Below, piece by piece: positions 1 to 5,360 of a stretch of 5,360 nucleotides of DNA. Every line of letters begins with the position of its first letter. Within the stretch, counting starts at the first letter, position 1. This DNA comes from a virus. Taxonomy: Duplodnaviria > Heunggongvirae > Uroviricota > Caudoviricetes. The stretch lies in IMG/VR virus record IMGVR_UViG_2667527777_000004; one strand, given 5' to 3'. Position numbers and translations under genes: made by a program. A model generated the notes under the pieces. It ran no database searches. It had not been told where the DNA came from and saw nothing but the letters and a program-made list of their open reading frames with translations.

Positions 1-1
1 T

Positions 2-505
2 CGTTCGCTGGGGTTGCGTGCGGAAAAAATCCGCTCAATGTACCGTGAAAGCGACATCGTGCCGGGAGAGCAGACCGCCACCAGCATACTGAAGCAGCGC
101 ACAAAAAATCTTGCGCCGCTGCCTCACGCCCACCAGCAACAGAATCCACCACAGGAAGAGACGGTGGTCAGCATTGCCGTTGATCCGGAATCTCCGGCTC
201 AGTATCTCCAGCGCCAGAAACCACAACGGGAAGAGATGCCTGTATACACGCGCTGGGTAAAAACGCAGAAATGCATGACGTGTGGCAATCAGGCAGATGA
301 TCCGCACCACATCATTGGTCATGGACTGGGAGGGATGGGAACAAAGGCTGACGATTTGTTTGTTATTCCGCTGTGTCGTAAATGCCATAACGAACTACAC
401 GCCGGGGTAAAAGATTTTGAAGAAAAACACGGTAGTCAGTTGTTGTTGCTGATTCGTTTTTTAATGCACGCGAGAAATTCGGGTGTTCTGAAGTGGAAAG
501 CATAA
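2..505 (+). CDS. 5'-truncated DUF968 (YdfU-like) prophage protein, C-terminal part with HNH-like Cys/His motif
   Basis: Reading frame is open to the window edge; the track's start at 14 is a TTG, so the true start is probably upstream. Translation contains CMTCGN...HHIIGHGLGG...FVIPLCRKCHNELH (CxxC ... HH ... CxxCH..H), typical of DUF968/HNH-like zinc-binding modules. Position immediately upstream of rusA matches lambdoid nin-region order. Stop TAA at 503-505 abuts the rusA ATG at 506. Confidence 0.6.
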   Translation, partial: RSLGLRAEKIRSMYRESDIVPGEQTATSILKQRTKNLAPLPHAHQQQNPPQEETVVSIAVDPESPAQYLQRQKPQREEMPVYTRWVKTQKCMTCGNQADDPHHIIGHGLGGMGTKADDLFVIPLCRKCHNELHAGVKDFEEKHGSQLLLLIRFLMHARNSGVLKWKA

Positions 506-871
506 ATGACCGAACGCATAGAATTTGTTTTGCCTTACCCGCCAACGGTGAACACCTACTGGCGACGTCGTGGCAGCACATATTTTGTATCAAAAGCCGG
601 TGAGCGTTATCGCCGTGATGTGGCGCTAATTGTTCGCCAGCAGCGACTGAAATTAAACCTGTCCGGAAGGCTGGCGATAAAGATTATTGCAGAGCCACCG
701 GATAAGCGCCGTCGTGACCTGGACAATATCCTGAAGGCACCGCTGGATGCGCTGACGCATGCTGGACTACTTATAGACGACGAGCAGTTTGATGAAATCA
801 ATATTGTGCGCGGTCAGCTCGTTCCTGGTGGGCGGCTGGGGATAAAAATCACAGAACTGGGGTGCGCATGA
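506..871 (+). CDS. rusA: RusA Holliday-junction resolvase (crossover junction endodeoxyribonuclease)
   Basis: 121-aa product with LPYPPTVNTYWRR near the N-terminus, the DKRRRDLDNILKAPLDALTHAGLLIDDEQ acidic catalytic core and a C-terminal GGRLGIKITELG, closely resembling E. coli RusA as recalled. Start is coupled to the upstream stop (TAAATG); the stop overlaps the next gene's start (ATGA). Confidence 0.9.
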   Translation: MTERIEFVLPYPPTVNTYWRRRGSTYFVSKAGERYRRDVALIVRQQRLKLNLSGRLAIKIIAEPPDKRRRDLDNILKAPLDALTHAGLLIDDEQFDEINIVRGQLVPGGRLGIKITELGCA

Positions 872-1551
872 ATAACCAGTATTTACAGTTTGTGCGTGAG
901 CAGCTCATTATCGCCACCGCTGATTTGAGTGGGGCAACAAAAGGTCAGCTTGAAGCCTGGCAAGAGAATGCCATGTTCGATACAGGGCGTTACAGGCGTA
1001 AAAAAATCCGGTACCGCGATGAAGTGACTGGAAAAATGATAACGCGGGATAATCCACCAATCCCGGGAAAGCAATCGCTGGCGAAGGGGACGTCAATTCC
1101 TCTGGTCAGTCCGGTTGAGTTTTCGACATCATCGTGGCGGCGGGCTGTTCTGTCTCTTGAAGAGCACTATAAAGCCTGGTTGTTGTGGTGTTACAGCGGG
1201 AGTATTTGTTGGGAATATCAGATCGCGATAACACAGTGGGCGTGGAATGAATTTAATGCTCAATCCGGTACCAGAAAAATTGCAGGGAAAACGCAGGAAC
1301 GCCTGAAAAAATTAATCTGGCTGGCGGCGCAGGCAGTAAAAGCAGAACTTTTTGGTGGGGAAGGTTATGAATACCAGGAGCTGGCATTACTGGCGGGAGT
1401 GACAACTAAAAACTGGTCCAAAACATTTACTCGTCACTGGGTTGCAATGAAACACATTTTTCACCGACTGGATAGTGAGGCTTTATTGTTTGTAATGAGA
1501 ACACGTTCAAAAAAAAGACGGCATTTTCAAAGCAAAGTGTTGCAAAAGTAG
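868..1551 (+). CDS. Putative late-gene antiterminator Q (start taken at ATG 868 rather than the track's GTG 862)
   Basis: 227-aa ORF directly after rusA and directly before a sigma70-like promoter plus intrinsic terminator, the canonical position of Q in lambdoid phages. ATG 868 overlaps the rusA stop (ATGA). Basic C-terminal tail (RTRSKKRRHFQSK). Family assignment is from synteny and not from recognised sequence identity. Confidence 0.55.
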   Translation: MNNQYLQFVREQLIIATADLSGATKGQLEAWQENAMFDTGRYRRKKIRYRDEVTGKMITRDNPPIPGKQSLAKGTSIPLVSPVEFSTSSWRRAVLSLEEHYKAWLLWCYSGSICWEYQIAITQWAWNEFNAQSGTRKIAGKTQERLKKLIWLAAQAVKAELFGGEGYEYQELALLAGVTTKNWSKTFTRHWVAMKHIFHRLDSEALLFVMRTRSKKRRHFQSKVLQK

Positions 1552-1568
1552 ATTAAAAGGCATATATT
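1540..1568 (+). promoter_or_regulatory. pR'-like late promoter (TTGCAA -17 bp- TATATT)
   Basis: -35 TTGCAA at 1540-1545 and -10 TATATT at 1563-1568 with a 17-bp spacer, overlapping the 3' end of the putative Q gene. A -10-like GATACT at 1580-1585 lies in the initial transcribed region where Q-dependent sigma70 pause elements sit. Confidence 0.5.
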
Positions 1569-1620
1569 CATGCAAATCTGATACTTTGCCGATTTTGTAC
1601 GTGATGGCAAAAGCAAACAA

Positions 1621-1645
1621 AACCCGCCCACAAGCGGGTTTTTTG
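1621..1645 (+). terminator. Intrinsic terminator, tR'-like
   Basis: Stem ACCCGC (1622-1627) pairs with GCGGGT (1634-1639) around loop CCACAA, followed by a T6 run (1639-1644). It lies about 50-70 nt downstream of the pR'-like -10. Confidence 0.7.
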
Positions 1646-1711
1646 TGCCACTTATCTCGGATAGACATGGTGAATGCGCTGGTGGAGGAGATAAGGGTGA
1701 TTTTTGAATGC

Positions 1712-1740
1712 TTGCAACATTGATTTCGTAACGTTATTAT
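1712..1740 (+). promoter_or_regulatory. sigma70-like promoter upstream of the tRNA array (TTGCAA -17 bp- TATTAT)
   Basis: -35 TTGCAA at 1712-1717 and -10 TATTAT at 1735-1740 with a 17-bp spacer, ending 10 bp before the first tRNA. Confidence 0.45.
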
Positions 1741-1749
1741 CCTGCGCCC

Positions 1750-1825
1750 GGCCCTTTAGCTCAGTGGTGAGAGCGAGCGACTCATAATCGCCAGGTCGCT
1801 GGTTCAAATCCAGCAAGGGCCACCA
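1750..1825 (+). tRNA. ileZ: tRNA-Ile2-like, anticodon CAU (lysidine type, AUA decoding)
   Basis: Acceptor stem GGCCCTT pairs with AAGGGCC; D-arm GCTCAGTGGTGAGAGC; anticodon loop CTCATAA with CAT at 1783-1785; T-loop GGTTCAAATCC; encoded CCA. Sequence closely resembles E. coli ileX-type tRNA as recalled; Met(CAU) cannot be excluded from sequence alone. Confidence 0.8.
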
Positions 1826-1826
1826 A

Positions 1827-1903
1827 CCGCCACTAGCTCATCAGGAAAGAGCGTCAACCCTTTAAGTTGAGTGTGCGAGGTTCGAGTCCCCGGTGGCGGT
1901 CCA
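1827..1903 (+). tRNA. tRNA-like gene with atypical anticodon loop; canonical positions read UUU (Lys)
   Basis: 7-bp acceptor stem CCGCCAC/GTGGCGG, D-stem GCTC/GAGC, anticodon stem TCAAC/GTTGA with loop CCTTTAA (C at position 33 instead of U), T-loop TTCGAGT, encoded CCA. T-stem carries one A-C mismatch. Isotype is uncertain; Arg(CCU) with a shifted loop is an alternative. Confidence 0.5.
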
Positions 1904-1905
1904 GT

Positions 1906-1981
<76 letters not shown>

Positions 1982-1984
1982 TAT

Positions 1985-2059
<75 letters not shown>

Positions 2060-2132
2060 GTCAGAGTCTTTCAGTCTGCGATGATGGGAAATCCCGGAGT
2101 GACTGAAAGACGTTTAAGTTATGAATGATCGC

Positions 2133-2558
2133 TTTTTTTTGCAAAATTGCTGTGCAGAAATACTAACCTTCGGGCAGGCGATCATTCATAAGCACTCTGC
2201 TTTTATTCCGATTAACTGTGAGTGGTTTGTTGGATAGAGTGCTTTCCTTACTGTATATATCGTTTCGCCCGCTTTTGCGGTTTTTTCTTTTCAAATCCCT
2301 TTCATTTCTCAGTGTAAAACTACGCCATCCGTTATTTGCGNNNNNNNNNNCTTTTTTTGCAAAATTGCTGTGCAGAAATACTAACCTTCGGGCGTGCGAT
2401 CATTCATAAGCACTCTGCTTTTATTCCGATTAACTGTGGGTGGTTTGTTGGATAGAGTGCTTTCCTTACTGTATATATCGTTTCGCCCGCTTTTGCGTTT
2501 TTTTCTTTTCAAATCCCTTTCATTTCTCAGTGTAAAACTACGCCATCCGTTATTTGCG
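2133..2558 (+). repeat. Tandem direct repeat, two ~208-bp copies (2133-2340 and 2351-2558) separated by 10 N
   Basis: Copy 2 matches copy 1 at a constant offset of 218 bp with three differences seen by eye (gggcaggcg vs gggcgtgcg; ctgtgagtgg vs ctgtgggtgg; one extra T in a T-run). Copy 2 ends at the holin Shine-Dalgarno sequence. Each copy contains a short hairpin plus T-run (CCGC TTTT GCGG TTTTTT). Confidence 0.7.
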
Positions 2559-2569
2559 GAGGTGAGGCT

Positions 2570-2785
2570 ATGAAATCCATGGACAAAATTTCAACGGGCA
2601 TTGCCTACGGCACCTCCGCAGGCAGTGCTGGCTACTGGTTTTTACAGTGGCTTGATCAGGTCAGTCCGTCACAGTGGGCTGCGATTGGTGTACTGGGGAG
2701 TCTGGTTCTGGGCTTCCTGACTTATCTGACAAATCTGTACTTCAAAATCAGAGAAGACAAGCGTAAGGCTGCGAGAGGTGAATAA
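2570..2785 (+). CDS. Class II holin, phage-21 S21 pinholin type, with dual-start motif
   Basis: 71-aa product [30 protein letters not shown]...[19 protein letters not shown]; the two Met codons at positions 1 and 4 (MKSM) give the antiholin/holin pair typical of S21; two hydrophobic segments and a basic C-terminus. Strong SD GGAGGTGAGG upstream. Confidence 0.85.
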   Translation: MKSMDKISTGIAYGTSAGSAGYWFLQWLDQVSPSQWAAIGVLGSLVLGFLTYLTNLYFKIREDKRKAARGE

Positions 2786-2805
2786 TGTCGCCATCATTAC
2801 GGTAA
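2785..2805 (+). pseudogene. Possible remnant of an R21-type endolysin start (MSPSLR-stop)
   Basis: ATG overlapping the holin stop (TAATG) encodes MSPSLR then TAA. This resembles the recalled N-terminus of phage-21-type SAR endolysins (MPPSLRK...) but ends after 6 codons. Relies on memory of the R21 N-terminus. Confidence 0.25.
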
Positions 2806-2868
2806 GCGCCCCATCAGCGACGTCTTGTGAAAATTGTCCTGTCTGGCAACAATCGCGCNNNNNNNNNN

Positions 2869-2995
2869 GGTCAGTCCATCACAGTGGGCTGCGATTGGTG
2901 TGCTGGGAAGTCTGCTTCTGGGGCTTCTGACTTATCTGACGAATCTGTATTTCAAAATAAGAGAAGACAAGCGTAAGGCTGCACGGGGAGAGTAA
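2869..2995 (+). other. Second, diverged copy of the holin 3' end (last ~41 codons plus stop); 5' part lies in or beyond the N gap
   Basis: Aligns with 2659-2785 at an offset of 210 bp with ~10 substitutions, nearly all synonymous. Encodes [41 protein letters not shown] versus ...SLVLGFL... in copy 1. Stop TAA at 2993-2995. Confidence 0.7.
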
Positions 2996-2998
2996 ATA

Positions 2999-3628
2999 AT
3001 GAAGCATGAAGAAATGAATCAGCGATTCAATCACCTGGAAAATGAAATCACTGAGCTTAATAAAAAATTGTCGGCGTTGGTGAGTTCTGAAGATGAAAAC
3101 AAACGCCGCGATGAGCATTATGCGGCGATTTACGATTACTGCCACAAAGTCGCTCACGAGACTTTTATGAAGTTTTTGCAGGAAAAGTTTTTACCGGCCG
3201 CATTGTCAGAAAAAGAGGCGGCTTACCTGCGGCCTGAGTACGTCATTACGGTTAACAGTGCCGGAGAGGAAGAGCATAAAAGTGATTTTATTGCGTCTGC
3301 ACCGGATAAAGACCAGGAACCCCATCGGCCTTTCAGGGTTTCCTGTGAAGAGGGTGAGTTCGTCGTTTATGAGAACGGAAAACCTGTCCGGGCATCGCAT
3401 CATCACTGCCTGAAAATTATTAATCTCGCTATCAGATGCCTGAAAGACGAAAACACCAGAGTTATGAAACGCATTGGCCGTTGCATGGGGTATTTGCAGG
3501 TGGCGGCAGAGATTGAAGCACTTGCCAGTGGTGCAGACATGGATGCTGCGGTGCGGGAGGCTCTTCTTCGTGATTTCAATACTCCCCCTTTAAGAAAGAG
3601 CCTGATGACTGGATCCAGCCGGGGCTGA
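2999..3628 (+). CDS. Hypothetical 209-aa soluble protein between holin and endolysin; no family recognised
   Basis: Long ORF with SD-like GGGGAGAG 7-14 nt upstream of the ATG, starting 3 nt after the holin-fragment stop. N-terminal ~40 residues are charged and heptad-like (EEMNQRFNHLENEITELNKKLSAL); central and C-terminal part has Cys/His clusters (YDYCHKVAH, RVSCEEGE, SHHHCLKIINLAIRCL, GRCMGY). No transmembrane segment or signal peptide is evident. Confidence 0.6.
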   Translation: MKHEEMNQRFNHLENEITELNKKLSALVSSEDENKRRDEHYAAIYDYCHKVAHETFMKFLQEKFLPAALSEKEAAYLRPEYVITVNSAGEEEHKSDFIASAPDKDQEPHRPFRVSCEEGEFVVYENGKPVRASHHHCLKIINLAIRCLKDENTRVMKRIGRCMGYLQVAAEIEALASGADMDAAVREALLRDFNTPPLRKSLMTGSSRG

Positions 3629-3693
3629 CTTATCTTAAAAGGCGTATATAAGTTGGCTCGTTATTTGTTGCCGATAAATCCTGATAAATATCC

Positions 3694-4227
3694 ATGAGCG
3701 CAAAAATCAAATACGGCCTGTCGGCTGCTGTTCTGGCGCTGATTGCCGCAGGCGCGTCTGCTCCCCAGATACTTGACCAGTTTCTGAACGAAAAAGAGGG
3801 TAATCACACAACGGCATACCGTGATGGTTCTGGCATATGGACCATCTGTCGTGGTGCCACAATGGTGGATGGTAAGCCTGTCATACCGGGAATGAAGCTG
3901 TCGAAGGAAAAATGTGACCAGGTTAACGCTATTGAACGTGATAAGGCGCTGGCATGGGTGGAGCGCAATATTAAAGTACCTCTGACCGAACCCCAGAAAG
4001 CGGGTATAGCGTCATTTTGCCCCTATAACATTGGCCCCGGTAAGTGTTTCCCGTCGACGTTTTATAAGCGGCTGAATGCCGGTGATCGTAAGGGCGCATG
4101 CGAGGCGATTCGCTGGTGGATAAAAGATGGTGGGCGCGATTGCCGCATACGTTCAAATAACTGCTATGGACAGGTTATTCGTCGTGACCAGGAAAGCGCA
4201 TTAGCCTGTTGGGGGATAGATCAATGA
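3694..4227 (+). CDS. SAR endolysin (GH24 T4-lysozyme-like muramidase with N-terminal signal-anchor-release domain)
   Basis: N-terminal Gly/Ala-rich weakly hydrophobic segment ([21 protein letters not shown]) followed by the catalytic E-x8-D-x5-T triad ([16 protein letters not shown]). Stop overlaps the Rz start (ATGA). Confidence 0.85.
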   Translation: MSAKIKYGLSAAVLALIAAGASAPQILDQFLNEKEGNHTTAYRDGSGIWTICRGATMVDGKPVIPGMKLSKEKCDQVNAIERDKALAWVERNIKVPLTEPQKAGIASFCPYNIGPGKCFPSTFYKRLNAGDRKGACEAIRWWIKDGGRDCRIRSNNCYGQVIRRDQESALACWGIDQ

Positions 4228-4691
4228 GCAGAGTCACCGCGATTATCTCCGCTCTGGTTATCTGCATCATCGTCTGCCTGTCATGGGCTGTTAATCATTA
4301 CCGTGATAACGCCATTACCTACAAAGAGCAGCGCGACAAAAACGCAAGAGAACTGAAGCTGGCGAACGCAACCATTACTGACATGCAGCAGCGCCAGCGT
4401 GATGCTGATGCACTCGATGCTAAATACACGAAGGAGTTAGCTGATGCGAAAGCTGAAAATGATGCTCTTCGGCGCAAGCTTGATAATGGTGGTCGGGTGC
4501 TCGTCAAAGGAAAATGCCCTGTGCCATCCTCAGCCGAAACCTCCAGCGCCTCCGGCATGGGCAATGATGCCACCGTCGAACTCTCTCCAGTTGCTGGACG
4601 AAACGTTCTCGGTATCCGGGACGGAATCATCAGCGACCAGACAGCATTGAGAATGCTTCAGGAGTACATCAGGACTCAGTGCCTGAAATAA
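4224..4691 (+). CDS. Rz: Rz i-spanin (inner-membrane spanin subunit)
   Basis: [34 protein letters not shown]...[19 protein letters not shown] closely matches lambda Rz as recalled: N-terminal TM helix, coiled-coil periplasmic domain. The track ORF starts 15 nt upstream at 4209; ATG 4224 is preferred from homology and the ATGA overlap with the endolysin stop. Confidence 0.9.
   Translation: MSRVTAIISALVICIIVCLSWAVNHYRDNAITYKEQRDKNARELKLANATITDMQQRQRDADALDAKYTKELADAKAENDALRRKLDNGGRVLVKGKCPVPSSAETSSASGMGNDATVELSPVAGRNVLGIRDGIISDQTALRMLQEYIRTQCLK
4444..4650 (+). CDS. Rz1: Rz1 o-spanin (outer-membrane lipoprotein), embedded in the +1 frame of Rz
   Basis: [21 protein letters not shown]: signal peptide with lipobox VVGC (Cys19), followed by a proline-rich mature region ([16 protein letters not shown]), matching lambda Rz1 architecture and its nested position. 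Confidence 0.85.
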   Translation: MRKLKMMLFGASLIMVVGCSSKENALCHPQPKPPAPPAWAMMPPSNSLQLLDETFSVSGTESSATRQH

Positions 4692-4724
4692 ATTTTTTTG
4701 CAAATCACAAAGTCCATTTAATGA

Positions 4725-4748
4725 GCCTCGCACTTGCGGGGCTTTTAT
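4725..4748 (+). terminator. Intrinsic terminator downstream of the lysis cassette
   Basis: Stem GCCTCGC (4725-4731) pairs with GCGGGGC (4736-4742), one G-U pair, loop ACTT, followed by TTTTAT (4743-4748). Confidence 0.65.
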
Positions 4749-4893
4749 ATGTCCGCAGTAAACCGCGCATCGCAGCGCGTAACAATCCCGAGTCTTTCAG
4801 AAAGCTGAGCCTGAGAACTGCCGTATAGGTGAGGACCTCTCGGGGACGGCTTTTCTGTGCGAACAGGCTCAACTTTCTAAAGGAGATACCGAC

Positions 4894-5070
4894 ATGAACA
4901 AATCATTAACCGTTCTTCCTTCTGGCGAATACCCGACCATGAGCAGTCTTGAGATGGTGGATTACATTAATGCTGATCGGAAATCCAAAGCGGAGGCGGA
5001 GGGGCTTGCGTTCCCCTGTAAGAAATATCGCAAACTCGAACACCGCAGTTTCATGAAGAAAGTGAGGTAG
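4894..5070 (+). CDS. Short ORF (58 aa) resembling the N-terminus of Rha/antirepressor-family phage regulatory proteins; possibly truncated
   Basis: SD AGGAG at 4881-4885, 8 nt before the ATG. Product MNKSLTVLPSGEYPTMSSLEMVDYINADRKSKAEAEGLAFPCKKYRKLEHRSFMKKVR. Stop TAG at 5068-5070, ~50 bp before a 184-N gap. The family resemblance is from memory of Rha-like N-termini. Not in the supplied track because it is under 60 aa. Confidence 0.4.
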   Translation: MNKSLTVLPSGEYPTMSSLEMVDYINADRKSKAEAEGLAFPCKKYRKLEHRSFMKKVR

Positions 5071-5120
5071 CCTGAGTTTAACGGACACTCCTTCCTGAAA
5101 TAGAATGGCATCAGAAGGAG

Positions 5121-5304
5121 NNNNNNNNNNNNNNNNNNNNNNNNNNNNNNNNNNNNNNNNNNNNNNNNNNNNNNNNNNNNNNNNNNNNNNNNNNNNNNNN
5201 NNNNNNNNNNNNNNNNNNNNNNNNNNNNNNNNNNNNNNNNNNNNNNNNNNNNNNNNNNNNNNNNNNNNNNNNNNNNNNNNNNNNNNNNNNNNNNNNNNNN
5301 NNNN
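5121..5304. other. Assembly gap (184 N); shorter 10-N gaps at 2341-2350 and 2859-2868
   Basis: Runs of n in the sequence. Both 10-N gaps sit exactly at boundaries of duplicated segments. Confidence 0.95.
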
Positions 5305-5360
5305 GAACCGCCCCGGGTTTCCTGGAGAGTGTTTTATCTGTGAACTCAGGCTGCCAGATC

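Noticed and set aside
35-1096. Minus-strand ORFs 35-388, 363-593, 607-801, 883-1074 and 908-1096
   Set aside because: Each lies entirely antisense to a well-supported + strand gene (DUF968, rusA, Q), has no recognisable start context, and its translation shows no recognisable motif; most likely frame shadows.
1651-1695. 8-bp inverted repeat CTTATCTC / GAGATAAG
   Set aside because: Short stem with a 29-nt loop and no T-tract; too weak to call a terminator or operator without further evidence.
2218-2409. Plus-strand 63-aa ORF inside the tandem repeat
   Set aside because: It spans the 10-N gap (XXXX in the translation), has no SD, and lies in duplicated leader sequence.
2133-2558. CRISPR array
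   Set aside because: Only two long (~208 bp) copies with no short repeat-spacer periodicity; it is a tandem duplication.
2060-2569. Shiga toxin or other toxin cargo between the tRNA array and the holin
   Set aside because: In Stx-type phages stxAB sits in this slot, but only ~510 bp are present here, made up of a hairpin and the duplicated leader; there is no ORF of adequate length.
2879-3406. Minus-strand ORFs 2879-3157 and 3206-3406
   Set aside because: Antisense to the holin fragment and ORF209; no start context; low-complexity translation.
3629-3693. Promoter in the ORF209-endolysin spacer
   Set aside because: AT-rich with TATATA and a duplicated GATAAAT, but I could not find a -35/-10 pair with acceptable spacing; the endolysin is probably expressed by read-through from upstream.
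4209-4223. Upstream ATG at 4209 as the Rz start (MGDRSMSR...)
   Set aside because: Homology to lambda Rz begins at MSRVTAI (ATG 4224), and that start forms the classic ATGA overlap with the endolysin stop.
3971-5088. Minus-strand ORFs 3971-4156, 4319-4630, 4530-4733 and 4906-5088
   Set aside because: Antisense to the endolysin, Rz/Rz1 and the Rha-like ORF, which have strong homology-based support on the + strand.

Overview
This window reads as the late-regulatory and lysis region of an E. coli-type lambdoid prophage, all on the + strand. In order: the 3' end of a DUF968 (YdfU-like) gene with an HNH-like Cys/His motif, rusA, a putative Q-type antiterminator, a pR'-like promoter with a tR'-like terminator, a compact four-tRNA array, a ~218-bp tandemly duplicated leader, an S21-type holin with dual start, a second diverged holin 3' fragment, an unassigned 209-aa ORF sitting between holin and endolysin, a SAR-type GH24 endolysin, Rz with embedded Rz1, a terminator, and a short Rha/antirepressor-like ORF running into a gap. 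No stx or other toxin gene lies between the tRNAs and the holin. The most interesting candidate is the 209-aa ORF (2999-3628) at a mosaic junction inside the lysis cassette. Three N runs (2341-2350, 2859-2868, 5121-5304) coincide with repeat boundaries, so the repeat and mosaic architecture may partly be an assembly artefact. All protein and tRNA assignments rest on reading the translations and recalled family features; no database search was run.
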